A stretch of 64,000 nt of DNA from NCBI GenBank assembly GCA_965215885.1, contig CBDCEW010000103.1:146638-210637 (forward strand), read 5' to 3'. Each line of letters begins with the position of its first letter. Within the stretch, counting starts at the first letter, position 1. Shown in pieces: positions 20,443-30,892 of the stretch. Origin of the DNA: Candidatus Moanibacter sp. GTDB taxonomy: Bacteria > Verrucomicrobiota > Verrucomicrobiia > Opitutales > UBA2987. The translations under genes and the position numbers were made by a program. Below the pieces are notes generated by a model. The model worked only from the letters and a program-made list of their open reading frames with translations. It had not been told where the DNA came from and did no database searches.

Positions 20443-21786
20443 CTATTTAGGAAGGTTCGGCGGACTGCAGGGAACGGACGGGCACTCTGGATCATCGTCT
20501 TCAGGTGGATTTTCATCTGGAAGATCTATATCTCCAAGTGGGTCTTCAGATGCTGAAATATCCTGGTCCGTCACCAAGCTTGTAACGTTGTCGAAGTAGA
20601 AAACGCCATTCATGAGACACGCCAGCGGCGAGTTCTGTCCATAGTAGCCCACACCGGTACTGTTACCCGTTACCCTCCCTCGTGACGCGGCTATCTGGGC
20701 ATCCTGCACATAAATGCCTACTGCCGTTGCGTCACTCGATGTGAATCGCTGGAGGTCGAGGGTGGCGCCATCGTTTACGAGGATATTGGTCCCGAAATCG
20801 GCTTCCGTGGGCAGGTTGATCGACCGCGTCCGTGCCACGTCCGCGTGTTCGACTCTGGCCTTTGCGTAATGATGGAGGTGCAAGCCGACGGCCCAACTGT
20901 CTCGGATTCGAATTCTCGTCAAACAGGCGTGCGCCCATTGGCCCACTTCAACCGCAGCGTATCCGCCATTGAAAAAGTCCTTAAGGGTTCCGGTGCTAGG
21001 AGAAAAAATGGTGACGCGATTGCTACCAGTATCCATCACGTTCACGTTGTCGGCTTTGACCGAGCTACCCGCGCCATTGACCACCAATCCGGCCGATTCA
21101 TTTTCCAGTAGGGTTACTCCGAACAATTCCCCACGGACTCCGCCGGAAAGGTAGATGGCCGTCCCGTGACGGAAGAAGGACCGAGAGAAAACTGAAATGG
21201 TGCGATTGGACCTGGTGCCGAAGACGTTGAGGTTCTTTGCCCGGAGTGATCCACCGTGTTGTTGGATCCCAAAGCCCTCGGCCTCCCGAATGTCCACGTT
21301 ATCGAGGCAAGTCTCCGCAAAGGGGTGCCCCACGACGAGCGCGCCGGGACTGCTAGCGTTCTGCAACACGAGGCGCTCGATGGTGAGACGATGCTCCGAG
21401 CGATTAACGATCGTACCTTCCAAGGTGGCAAACGCCGGACCACTGCCGATGAGCGCCGTGGCGCGGGTGATCGTGAGGTTGTCCCGGTATGAGCCCTGTT
21501 CGATTAGGATCTTGACGGCACCGAAGTTTTGGCGCTTCGCCCAGAGGAGAGCCTCTCCAATTTTCCAAAACGGCTTCTGCTGGCTGCCATCTGGGATGAT
21601 CACCGGTCCCCGAAATGGGGGAGACGGCGCCTTAGCCGCATCAACGTGGAGTGTCGTTACGTCTCCTGACAGCGGGAGACAATGACTTGAGGCTATTGCT
21701 GACCCGGGAAAAAACAGGAGCCATGCGAGTGCGAATCTCATGACCAACCAAACCGCTACTTGACGAATTTGATAACAAACTTGCAA
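20443..21786 (-). CDS. Secreted right-handed beta-helix repeat protein
   Basis: Signal peptide (likely start ~21741); repeated N..G..GI/GL turns; acidic Pro-rich tail. Confidence 0.55.
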   Translation of the reverse strand: MQVCYQIRQVAVWLVMRFALAWLLFFPGSAIASSHCLPLSGDVTTLHVDAAKAPSPPFRGPVIIPDGSQQKPFWKIGEALLWAKRQNFGAVKILIEQGSYRDNLTITRATALIGSGPAFATLEGTIVNRSEHRLTIERLVLQNASSPGALVVGHPFAETCLDNVDIREAEGFGIQQHGGSLRAKNLNVFGTRSNRTISVFSRSFFRHGTAIYLSGGVRGELFGVTLLENESAGLVVNGAGSSVKADNVNVMDTGSNRVTIFSPSTGTLKDFFNGGYAAVEVGQWAHACLTRIRIRDSWAVGLHLHHYAKARVEHADVARTRSINLPTEADFGTNILVNDGATLDLQRFTSSDATAVGIYVQDAQIAASRGRVTGNSTGVGYYGQNSPLACLMNGVFYFDNVTSLVTDQDISASEDPLGDIDLPDENPPEDDDPECPSVPCSPPNLPK

Positions 21787-21900
21787 CGTTTCAGAGAATC
21801 CTAGGCAGCACTCTTTCGAGAAAACCGCCGATTGGTGAAAAGAGATCGAGATAACCGGAAAGAATCAAAGAAAAATGACGGAGAGTGCTCTCACGCATAT

Positions 21901-22040
21901 TACAACAAAGTTCGGGACAAGGTTTACTCGATTGACGCCTGAGTGCGTTAACTGCCAAGACATTCTCGATCGGATTGCAAAGGCAACTCCAACTTCCCTC
22001 GGTGACCTTGTCGCGAACCTCACTCGCAAACCTTCTTGAC
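21901..22040. repeat. CGACAAGGTTCGGGAC-type inverted repeat pair (others ~50082-50288, ~52880-53091; single copy ~810-825)
   Basis: 12-nt-period ACAAGGTTCGGG units facing CCCGAACCTTGT units. Confidence 0.65.
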
Positions 22041-22102
22041 ACCAATTCTGTGAATTCCAGCCGCTTATACTCCAAACCTTGCTCGAAATACAGGAAATTT
22101 AA

Positions 22103-23585
22103 GGGTCTACAGCAGAATCTGTGGGTGGGTAATGTCGCTTACAAGAGGAAATAGAGTCGGTGAGCACAAGGAGAAGTCAGGGCGCTGCCCTGAATCCCGC
22201 TCCTCCACAGCCGGAGGGGCTGGTCGGTGTTTTCTTTGCATATGGGATTGAAAGGTTGAAGCACCGGGCCGTTCCGAGGATGAAAGTAGTACCGAAAATA
22301 CATCCTGAACACGGAGGACCCAGTGCTCATCAAAACGCTACTGAATCGGTGCTATTGGCTCAAGAGCTTTGTTTACGCAAAGGCGAGTATGGAAATGGTG
22401 AAATCGGTGGAGGCGATTGTGGTGCAGATTGAGCCGCGCAAGAATAGTCGGGTGTGCTGTTCGGGGTGTGGCCGGACGGCCAGCGGCTACGACCACATGA
22501 GCGAGGCGAGGCATTTTGAATTTGTGCCCTTGTGGGGGATGAAGGTGTATTTTCGTTACCGCATGCGGCGGGTCAATTGCCGGCGGTGCGGGGTGAAGGT
22601 CGAAGAGGTGCCCTGGGCCAAGGGCAAGAGTCATCTGAGTTGGCCAATGCAATGGTTTCTGGCCCAGTGGGCGAGGCGCTTGAGCTGGGAAGAGACGGCA
22701 AGGGTTTTTCGCACGAACTGGCGCAACGTCTTCGAGTCGGTCGAGGCGATGGTGCGTTGGGGGCTCAAACGGCGCGATATGAGCGGGATTGAGGCGATCG
22801 GAGTCGATGAGGTGCAGTATCATCGAGGCCATCACTATCTCACCGTGGTCTACCAGCTTGACGAGGGGCGGCGGCGGCTATTGGGCGTATTCAATAAGCG
22901 CAACGTAAAATCGCTCTTGCGTTTTTTCTGGGAATTGGGAGCGCAAAAGAGCAGCCAGATCCTCTACGTCTGCTCGGATCTGTGGAAGCCTTACCTCAAA
23001 GTGATCAAGAAAAAGGCACCCCAGGCGCTGCACATCCTCGATCGCTTCCACTTGGTAGCCAACCTGAACAAGGCCCTCAATGAGATTCGTGCTGCGGAAG
23101 CCAGGCGATTGCAACGGGACGGCTACATCAACGTGCTGGTCAAAAGCAAATACTGTTTCTTGAAAAATCCGCAAAATCTCACCCCCACCCAACAGATCCG
23201 CCTCAAGGAGGTGCTCCAATACGATCTGAAGAGCGTGCGGGCCTATCTACTAAAGGAGAGCTTTCAGCTCTTGTGGCATTATAAAAGTCCCTACTGGGCC
23301 CAATGGTATCTGAAAAAATGGTGCACGCGCGCCATGCGTTCGCGCCTCAAACCGATCAAAAGGTTCGTGCGCTCGGTGCGCAAACACGAGCCGCTCATCC
23401 TCAACTGGTTTCGGGCCAAAAAGGCCTTTTCCTGCGGCATTGTGGAGGGCTTTAACCGCAATATAAATCTCACTATCAGAAAAGCATACGGCTTTAAGAG
23501 CCTCGAAGTGCTTAAGATCGCCCTATTTCATACCATGGGCGACTTGCCTGAACCCGAAATAACCCACAGATTCTGCTGACGAGGC
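22103..23585 (+). mobile_element. ISL3-family insertion sequence, copy 2, with 8-bp TSD AAATTTAA
   Basis: AAATTTAA at 22095-22102 and 23586-23593; about 5 substitutions versus copy 1. Confidence 0.96.
22323..23579 (+). CDS. ISL3-family transposase
   Basis: Identical to 4236-5492 except two amino acids. Confidence 0.95.
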   Translation: MLIKTLLNRCYWLKSFVYAKASMEMVKSVEAIVVQIEPRKNSRVCCSGCGRTASGYDHMSEARHFEFVPLWGMKVYFRYRMRRVNCRRCGVKVEEVPWAKGKSHLSWPMQWFLAQWARRLSWEETARVFRTNWRNVFESVEAMVRWGLKRRDMSGIEAIGVDEVQYHRGHHYLTVVYQLDEGRRRLLGVFNKRNVKSLLRFFWELGAQKSSQILYVCSDLWKPYLKVIKKKAPQALHILDRFHLVANLNKALNEIRAAEARRLQRDGYINVLVKSKYCFLKNPQNLTPTQQIRLKEVLQYDLKSVRAYLLKESFQLLWHYKSPYWAQWYLKKWCTRAMRSRLKPIKRFVRSVRKHEPLILNWFRAKKAFSCGIVEGFNRNINLTIRKAYGFKSLEVLKIALFHTMGDLPEPEITHRFC

Positions 23586-23755
23586 AAATTTAAGGTTTTT
23601 AGTACGCAGTGAAACGGTGGCAAGGCCATTGATCGGCAGAAAATATTCTTATTTAGGGTTTGATCGACTGCTCAAGCTCGACACACCCGTCAGCACGCTA
23701 GGGCATTATCCTGACGAAGAGGAGGTGCCGTTGTGAAAGGGTCAAACATGGAAAA

Positions 23756-23869
23756 TTGAAAAGAATGGCTCAACCTGAAGAAATCGCTTCGGTTGTCCAG
23801 TTCCTCCTCTCAGAGCGATCCAGTTATATCACCGGCCAGACTATCCTCGCTGCCGGTGGGCGGGGATAA
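23756..23869 (+). pseudogene. 3' fragment of a short-chain dehydrogenase (SDR)
   Basis: Manual translation LKRMAQPEEIASVVQFLLSERSSYITGQTILAAGGRG*, a typical SDR C-terminus with no N-terminal part. Confidence 0.75.
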
Positions 23870-23875
23870 GGGCAC

Positions 23876-24901
23876 CTACCCGAATATCTCTCTGCGCAAT
23901 TCCCGCAACACCATCAGTCCCTCCCAGTCGCTCCCTTTCATCGGTCGAGGTCCCGTTCTTCGCTTTTGTGCAAACTGCTCGCGAAATTCTGTGCAAATAC
24001 TCTGCACATACTCGCGCGATCCCAACACTGCTCCGTCCGTAAAATACCTTACCCGGCACCTCACAGCCGCTGCTACCGGCAGCTCTCCCCCCTCTTCCAT
24101 CACCGCTCTCCACTGCTCCTCTTTTATCATAGCTGATCCCGGCCCTTTCCCGGGCGCTGGCGTTGCCCCCTTGCAGTAGAGGAGCTTACGGTATTCTCTC
24201 GCTGCCGTGCTCCACCTCATTTGCCTCTCCTCCGGCCTCCGCAACGCTGCGCAGATCCCTCCCCGCGCTCTGGTTGCTCCTCCCATCGCTTCTCCATACC
24301 CGCTCCAGCGATATTCCTTCGGGTCCTCTACCAGTTTCGCCCGTACAGGGTTTAAGTCTATGTAGGCCGCTACGATCCGCATGGCCGCTTCGCTTCCCTC
24401 CACCAGCGTGCTCTTGAAGCGCTCACTCCACAATGTCCCCTCCCGCCCGTGGTTGCGGTTATACCAGATCGAAAAACGCTGCTTCAGGCTCTTCATATAC
24501 TCCGACACATCGTGCATCCGCCCCAATAGCTGCCGCCGTATCACATCTCTCTCCTCTCCTCCTTTTGCCAGCTCCAGCTCCATCATCTTTGCCTCCGCCT
24601 GCTGATACTTCGTCGGCTTCGGATACAATACCCGATACCTCCGCATCAGCTCTGCATCACTCACTTCCACCCGCTCCCTGTCCGGTACCCCCAACAGCAC
24701 ATGAAAATGTGAACTCATAATGCAGTAGGTCAATACCTCCACCCCGCTGAAGTCCGCCACCTGCCACAGCTGCTTTCTTAACACCTCCCGGGCAAACATT
24801 TCGATTAACCGCTCCCTATTCACGATACGGGTCATGCAATGATACACCGCCCGTCTTCCTGACACTTTTATTCTACGCTTTCTCATCCCTTTAATATGCA
24901 C
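23876..24901 (-). CDS. REP-associated tyrosine transposase (RAYT/TnpA-REP, HUH Y1)
   Basis: YHCMTR, HUH motif HFH, GTLWSERFKS, YIDLNPVRA and YRWSGY motifs. Confidence 0.9.
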   Translation of the reverse strand: MHIKGMRKRRIKVSGRRAVYHCMTRIVNRERLIEMFAREVLRKQLWQVADFSGVEVLTYCIMSSHFHVLLGVPDRERVEVSDAELMRRYRVLYPKPTKYQQAEAKMMELELAKGGEERDVIRRQLLGRMHDVSEYMKSLKQRFSIWYNRNHGREGTLWSERFKSTLVEGSEAAMRIVAAYIDLNPVRAKLVEDPKEYRWSGYGEAMGGATRARGGICAALRRPEERQMRWSTAAREYRKLLYCKGATPAPGKGPGSAMIKEEQWRAVMEEGGELPVAAAVRCRVRYFTDGAVLGSREYVQSICTEFREQFAQKRRTGPRPMKGSDWEGLMVLRELRREIFG

Positions 24902-24942
24902 ATTTTTCGGGTCTTGTCGAGTGTTTAAATAAATGCCTGTCC

Positions 24943-25491
24943 TTAAATTCTTAAATTCTGCTTAAATTCTGTCTCAGTTGCGCGAGCAGCGTATTTCCCT
25001 TCGAAGTAGCCAATATCCCAATCCCACCAGTATAGGATATCCTCGGTCGTAAAGGGATGCCCGTCCGACCATTTCATACCCTTGCGGAAGAAAAAGGTCC
25101 AATCACCGTAGTCGCTACTGGGCTCCCACTTCCTGGCCACGTGGGGGACAATGGGATAACCGATCGGGGACCACCTAGCCAGAAGATCTCCCGACATGTA
25201 GCGGACGTTATTAGCGATATCGAGATTGCTAAGATTTACCCGAAACCAGGTGCCCCCATACTGCCCAACTCCCTCCACACCTCGTTGAACAACAGGCTCA
25301 GGCCCGACACGTTCTTCCACCGGTGGAATTATGCCCTCCGCCACCAGTTCGCCAAGCAGGTCGGAAGGACGAGTCTGAATATGGCTCTTACCACTGTCTA
25401 TTCGCGATCGAACTGAGGGCATTTCGAGTTGATCCAGGTCGGCGGTGCAAGCCTTGAGCACCTTCTGAAGCACATTAACGGATAAACTCAC
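24943..25491 (-). pseudogene. Truncated family-5 ABC substrate-binding protein
   Basis: PPVEERV, GQYGGT and WTFFFRKGMKWSDGHPFT motifs; ends after ~170 aa at a short tandem repeat. Confidence 0.75.
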
Positions 25492-26233
25492 ATCTCCCCG
25501 CTGCCCACACGTCGTAGCAAAGGTCTAATCCTGCACGAGGATTGACCTGAGTTACCCCACCGGCCGACTTCACAAGGGCGAGCCCCGCGGCAATGTCCCA
25601 CAAACGAATACCCTCCTCGAAATAGGCATCAAACCGGCCGGCCGCGACATAGGCCAGGCCGAGAGCGGCACTGCCGATCTGGCGGATCTTCTTAAAACGC
25701 TGCACGCGAGCTATAAAAACCTCCATCCGGTTAGAGGAAAAGTCTCGATCCGCACGCAAACCTGTAGCAAGCGCCCCGTGTGATGTATCTTCGGCCCAGA
25801 CAGATTTGTGAATGATCCGGTTGATCATAAACTCCGCTCCAACAATGGCCGAAAACGTCTCCTCACGATTAAAATCGTAGATCACTCCCAATACAGGGTT
25901 CATACCCCGCATAAGACCGATACTTACACAGGTTTGCGGTATGTTCCTAAGGTAGTTGTATGTTCCATCGAGTGGGTCGACTACCCAATAGCACTCTTCT
26001 TTTTTCGTCAAAGAGGCGTCGCCGCCTTCCTCTTCGCCCACGATCGGATAGTCTGTTTCTTTCGTGAGCAGATTTCGAATCAGCTTCTCCGACTCAACAT
26101 CCGCCTGCAATTTGACGTCGCAACGATCTTCAAAGTTAATCGTGCGAAATTCCTCCGATCCCTCACGCAGCCGCTCGCCGGCGGCACGCGCTACCGTTTC
26201 GGCATAATCGAGCAAGGTCCGGTATTCCTCCAT
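25475..26233 (-). CDS. suhB: Inositol monophosphatase family protein
   Basis: GEE, WVVDPLDGTYNY, GSAAL and WDIAAG motifs. Confidence 0.88.
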   Translation of the reverse strand: MEEYRTLLDYAETVARAAGERLREGSEEFRTINFEDRCDVKLQADVESEKLIRNLLTKETDYPIVGEEEGGDASLTKKEECYWVVDPLDGTYNYLRNIPQTCVSIGLMRGMNPVLGVIYDFNREETFSAIVGAEFMINRIIHKSVWAEDTSHGALATGLRADRDFSSNRMEVFIARVQRFKKIRQIGSAALGLAYVAAGRFDAYFEEGIRLWDIAAGLALVKSAGGVTQVNPRAGLDLCYDVWAAGRCEFIR

Positions 26234-26321
26234 AGGGCATACCGATACTTAAGCCTTATGGGCTGATCGACAAGAAGGAAAATCAGAAAGGCTGCAACGG
26301 ACTCTCGGCCGCCGCAACGAG

Positions 26322-27236
26322 TCACTGCGTCATCACACTGAGAACATAGGTGCGCAGTTTCTTCAACGTTTGAACATGAATCTGGCAGATTCGCGCTTCA
26401 GAAACACTGAAGACTTCAGCAATCTCAGTCAATCGGAGGCCCTCGAAGTAATACATCGCGAGGATTTTCTTCTGCCGGTCCGGCAACTGCTTGATCTTCT
26501 TATAGACCAAATCGTAAAGTTCTCTCTTCTGGATGCTGTCGTAGCTTGGGACCTGACTGTCGTCGGCGATCGCTTCGTGAAGATCAGGCCTGGTGGAATT
26601 ATCGGAAGAGAATCCGTTGTCGAGGGATACGAAACTCACAGGACGCACCTGTTTCATCATGCGGCTGAACTCGCGCGGAGTCAGATCCATCGATTTGCGA
26701 ATCTCTTCATCGGCTGGTGCACGCCCCAGGCGCTGCTCCAACATCTGAACCTCCTTCTGCAGACGCCGTGACTTCGCCCTCGCCGTCCGTGGCATCGAAT
26801 CCAGTCGCCTCAACTCATCGAGTATCGCTCCACGAATTCGAAGCGTGGCATAGGCTTCGAATGTCTCTCCATGCAAGGGATTGTATTTTCGTATGGCAGC
26901 GAGAAGCCCGAATATCCCCACACTGTGTAGATCCTCCTGCTCCATGTGCGAGGGGAGGTGCTTCATTATTCTGTAAACCACCTGTTTTACCAGAGGCAAA
27001 TAACGCCTGATAAGCTCAGGATCTATGACTTCCGATGTCTCGCTTCTATCGGCGGACACCTCCCTTTCGGAAGAATACGAAGTAGGTTCTTCAGTTTTGG
27101 TGGAAACGGCGTCAATCTCTTTAATCACAATACTTGCGGATTTGTCAGTTAATCTCTCGAAGAGACAGCGATCCCGCCAGCAATAGTGTTGCCTATATGG
27201 AATAGGTAAGCTCCCCACCACCCCAGACAGTAGCAT
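26322..27236 (-). CDS. fliA: RNA polymerase sigma factor, FliA/WhiG (sigma28) family
   Basis: YLPLVK, RIRGAILDELR and VSEARICQIH motifs; start probably downstream of the ORF-track start. Confidence 0.9.
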   Translation of the reverse strand: MLLSGVVGSLPIPYRQHYCWRDRCLFERLTDKSASIVIKEIDAVSTKTEEPTSYSSEREVSADRSETSEVIDPELIRRYLPLVKQVVYRIMKHLPSHMEQEDLHSVGIFGLLAAIRKYNPLHGETFEAYATLRIRGAILDELRRLDSMPRTARAKSRRLQKEVQMLEQRLGRAPADEEIRKSMDLTPREFSRMMKQVRPVSFVSLDNGFSSDNSTRPDLHEAIADDSQVPSYDSIQKRELYDLVYKKIKQLPDRQKKILAMYYFEGLRLTEIAEVFSVSEARICQIHVQTLKKLRTYVLSVMTQ

Positions 27237-27836
27237 TCATCTCGCCTAGGACAAATCAAAGCAATCGTTGTGCCAATAAGCGCCTCGTGTCTAATATCTC
27301 ATTGAATACCAACATGTACCGAAATGTAAAATAAATGTAAAACGATTCCGCCCTAAACCATCCTTCATTCGAGGAAATTTCCCGTGGCCATTGGGACGCA
27401 CCGGAGACGCTGCATGAGAGGCCTCCAGAAAGGGAATAAAATCCGTATGTCACGATCTCTGAACATGATAGGAGAAAGTATGTGCAATGCCGAGGCTCGC
27501 CCATCTTCCTAAGTCTTTAGAAAATGTGCAATGCCGAAGCAATACGGAGGGACTCGGCTCGTCAATCAAGAGGCCGAAAACGACGAAAGGGAGGCGGAAA
27601 AAAACTCCGAGTTCTCAATAGAGCTGCGTCTAACGCTGAAAATTTTTCCACATCACGGAAAATACTATGAAGGATTTTCCGCGTAGAGCAGGTATCGCAA
27701 ATGCAAACCGCTTTGCATTGTCATCCACTCCACGCAATGACCAGGAATCCGTCGAATTCGGCCTCATAACTATCTCGTAAGTTCGGAATCCAACATGAAA
27801 GAATTACAATCCGACCCAGATGGGAGCGACAGATTC

Positions 27837-29447
27837 TTAGAGCTCCTTTTTCTGGAGAGTCGTATTGACCGCCTCTGAACGCTTTTCGGGATAATCGAGA
27901 GTAAAGTGCAATCCCCGGCTCTCTTTCCGCATGAGAGCGCTTTCGACGATAAGTTCGGCCACCTGAACGAGATTTCGAAGCTCAAGCAGGCTCGTCTCGA
28001 CTTTGAAATTCCAATAGTAGTCATGAATCTCATTGGTGAGATTCTTGATTCGCGAACGCGCTCGTTCGAGGCGCTTATTTGTCCGTACGATCGACACGTA
28101 ATCCCAAAGAACCCTCCTCAATTCGTCCCAATTGTGAGTGAGCACCACCCTCTCATCGCTGTCTTCGGTATCGCCATCGATCCAATCCGGCGGTTCGATG
28201 GGTTCGGCCTTACAACTGGTCAGGTAATCGAGAACTGAAGGAGCGGCCTGATATGCAACGACGATGGCCTCGAGCAGCGAATTGCTGGCAAGTCGGTTTG
28301 CGCCGTGGAGACCGGTGCACGCCACTTCCCCGCACGCGTAAAGACCGGGTAGGCTGGTCTCGGCGCTGATGTTGGTCTTCACTCCGCCGCAGAGATAATG
28401 AGCCGCGGGAACAACGGGAATGTAATCCCTGGCCAGATTTATCCCTTGTCGAATACAGGTTCGAAAGATATTGGGAAAGCGCCTTTCCAACATATCTTCG
28501 GGGTGACCCGTTATATCCAGCCAAAGGTGAGGCGCCCCCGACCTCTTCATCTCGCTGTCAATCGCTCTGGCCACAATATCGCGCGGGGCAAGATCGGCCA
28601 ATGGATGAAAGTTCTTCATGAATGGCTTCCCCTCGGAATTTCGCAGGATAGCTCCCTCACCCCGAACAGCCTCACTGATGAGGAACCGTTCACCGGATGC
28701 GCTGAAAAGGGAAGTGGGGTGAAACTGAATGAATTCCATATTCACAATTTCGACTCCGGCGCGATATGCCATGGCGACGCCATCACCCGTAGCAATATCC
28801 GGATTGGTGGTATATTGGTAAACCTGCCCCACTCCACCGGTAGCGAGGAGGATGACGGGCGCCGTGAAGGTAAGCACTTTCCCTGCGCGAACATCGAGCG
28901 CATAGAGGCCAAGAATTTTGTCACCCCGGTTCCGAACTGCGAATCCGGTCTTGGTAAGTTTATTCTGTGTGATCAGGTCGATTGCGAAAAAGTGCTCCAA
29001 AGTTGTGATCCTGTTACTGCGCGCAGCCGCTCGAAGCAGAGCCGACTCGATCGCCTTCCCGGTGATGTCCTCCACGTGTAGAATTCGTCTTTCGGAGTGC
29101 CCTCCTTCCCGGCCCAGAGAATATTCTCCATCGCTAAGCCTGCTGAAATGCACCCCGGTCTCTACGAGTTCCCGCACTCGATCTGGCGCATCACTGACAA
29201 TCGCGCGCACGACATCAAGGTTACACAAACCGTCACCGGACTTCACGGTATCTTCGATGTGTCTTTCAAAATCATCCGTTTCGGCCGTTACACAGGCGAT
29301 TCCTCCCTGGGCGTAGTTCGTATTCGACTCGGCCCGGTTTTTCTTTGTGATGATAGCTACGCTACGGCCCGCCGCGGCAATCTTGAGAGCGAAACTCAGC
29401 CCGGCGATACCACTACCAACGATGATTACGTCATACTCTCTGGTCAT
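27837..29447 (-). CDS. nadB: L-aspartate oxidase
   Basis: GSGIAG, YAQGGIA, EGGHS, QFHPT, HGANRLASNSL and RKESRGLH motifs. Confidence 0.96.
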   Translation of the reverse strand: MTREYDVIIVGSGIAGLSFALKIAAAGRSVAIITKKNRAESNTNYAQGGIACVTAETDDFERHIEDTVKSGDGLCNLDVVRAIVSDAPDRVRELVETGVHFSRLSDGEYSLGREGGHSERRILHVEDITGKAIESALLRAAARSNRITTLEHFFAIDLITQNKLTKTGFAVRNRGDKILGLYALDVRAGKVLTFTAPVILLATGGVGQVYQYTTNPDIATGDGVAMAYRAGVEIVNMEFIQFHPTSLFSASGERFLISEAVRGEGAILRNSEGKPFMKNFHPLADLAPRDIVARAIDSEMKRSGAPHLWLDITGHPEDMLERRFPNIFRTCIRQGINLARDYIPVVPAAHYLCGGVKTNISAETSLPGLYACGEVACTGLHGANRLASNSLLEAIVVAYQAAPSVLDYLTSCKAEPIEPPDWIDGDTEDSDERVVLTHNWDELRRVLWDYVSIVRTNKRLERARSRIKNLTNEIHDYYWNFKVETSLLELRNLVQVAELIVESALMRKESRGLHFTLDYPEKRSEAVNTTLQKKEL

Positions 29448-29517
29448 CGAATGTCCCTATTCCCTGGGAATCTGTAAGGCTTAGAGTCCAACAGACTCCT
29501 TTGAAGAAAATCAAACT

Positions 29518-30822
29518 CAGTACTGTCCGGTTATAAGTCAAACAACTCCAACTGTTTAGGAATGCGGTGTTCATTGAAAGTGTAATCGGTTTCTGTAAGT
29601 AGTTCAGTCATAGGAGTTTTCTCAAATAGGGTGAAGCTGAGAATCTGTAGGATTTTGTGCAAACTGATCTCCAGGCGAAGGCGTTTGCGGATGATGGCGA
29701 TGAGCACATAGACGCTGACGGCAATCCAGATTTGAGTCTTCACAGCATTCTCGGAGGTGCCGAAAAAGCTCTTGATGCGCAAGTGCTGTTTGATCCATTT
29801 GAAGAACAATTCGATCTGCCAGCGTAAACGGTAAATCTGGGTGATGATTATGGCTGGGAGGGCAAACTGGTTGGTGAGAAACACGAAGCGCTCGGAACTG
29901 TCGGGGTCGAGGTAAGTGATACGCCGGAGTCTTTCGGGGTAGGCCTTGGCAGGATAGAAGCTGACCAGGGCAACGGTCTGGTCCGAACGCAGACCGGTTG
30001 ATTTGTCGACCTTTTGAGAGTAGAGGCGGCGAAACTGAAAGCCGCGGCGGGCGCGTGTGACGAAGAAAGAACCGCATTGTGCGATCCGATAGAGGCGCTC
30101 GTAATGCAGATAGGCTCGGTCCATTACATAGTAAGCACCGGCCTCGGGGATGATGAGATCCAGAATGTTTACGTCGTGAACTTTTCCATCGGTAATCTCG
30201 ATAAAATAAGGGATAGAGCCTCTGAGATCGAGAAGCGTATGGACCTTCACCGCCCCCTTGTGCTTGCGGAAACGTGCCCACGGGAAGAGTGATAGACATA
30301 GATCGATCGTGGTGGAGTCCAGAGCGTAGAGCGTATTGTCCAGGTCGATGCCCAGATCCTCGTTTGAATACAAAGGACGAGCCATTGCGATGAGGACCTG
30401 TGCAAAGTCGGCGTAGATGCGCCAGTCTCGTTTCTCGTTGGCATCGGCGAGCGTGCTTTTGGATACTCCGCTTCGAATCCCTGCGTGGTATAGTTTTGGT
30501 TGTACTGCCCGCAGGCAGGTTTCGATGTCGCGCAGACTCTCCCGGTAGGTCAACTCGGCAAAACCCATGCAGAGAAATTGTTCGAAGCAACTGAACTTTT
30601 GAACTTTGTAGTCGCCTCCGTAGCGTTGGACGCAACGATGGAACTGATGGCGCGGAAGATAATCTATGATTTGAGAAAAAACGAATCGACCTGTATACAT
30701 GATTTGGACCCTCGAAATTTTTGAGAGTCCACAAGGCTTTTTGCAATTTCAAGTCGAAAACAGCAGAAATCGGTTATCAATCGATTAACCTGCGTTCCTA
30801 GAAAAACAACCGGACAGTAGTG
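29518..30822 (-). mobile_element. IS4-family insertion sequence (1305 bp) with 9-bp TSD AATCAAACT
   Basis: TIRs CAGTACTGTCCGGTT / AACCGGACAGTAGTG (14/15 match); AATCAAACT at 29509-29517 and 30823-30831. Confidence 0.95.
29531..30700 (-). CDS. IS4-family transposase
   Basis: LDSTTI, MDRAY and YRLRWQIELFFKWIKQ (YREK) motifs. Confidence 0.95.
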   Translation of the reverse strand: MYTGRFVFSQIIDYLPRHQFHRCVQRYGGDYKVQKFSCFEQFLCMGFAELTYRESLRDIETCLRAVQPKLYHAGIRSGVSKSTLADANEKRDWRIYADFAQVLIAMARPLYSNEDLGIDLDNTLYALDSTTIDLCLSLFPWARFRKHKGAVKVHTLLDLRGSIPYFIEITDGKVHDVNILDLIIPEAGAYYVMDRAYLHYERLYRIAQCGSFFVTRARRGFQFRRLYSQKVDKSTGLRSDQTVALVSFYPAKAYPERLRRITYLDPDSSERFVFLTNQFALPAIIITQIYRLRWQIELFFKWIKQHLRIKSFFGTSENAVKTQIWIAVSVYVLIAIIRKRLRLEISLHKILQILSFTLFEKTPMTELLTETDYTFNEHRIPKQLELFDL

Positions 30823-30892
30823 AATCAAACTCACAAACAACAGACCGATTCCGTCGACGTTACCAGGTTGCTTGCCGGCAACGAAAAGCGGC

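Noticed and set aside
4016..23585. Composite transposon bounded by the two ISL3 copies
   Set aside because: Copy 2 has its own TSD on both sides and the outer flanks do not match, so the insertions are independent.
29622..30752. 376-aa alternative-frame ORF over the IS4 transposase
   Set aside because: Low-complexity Arg/Pro/Ser-rich translation typical of shadow frames; the 389-aa frame carries the DDE motifs.
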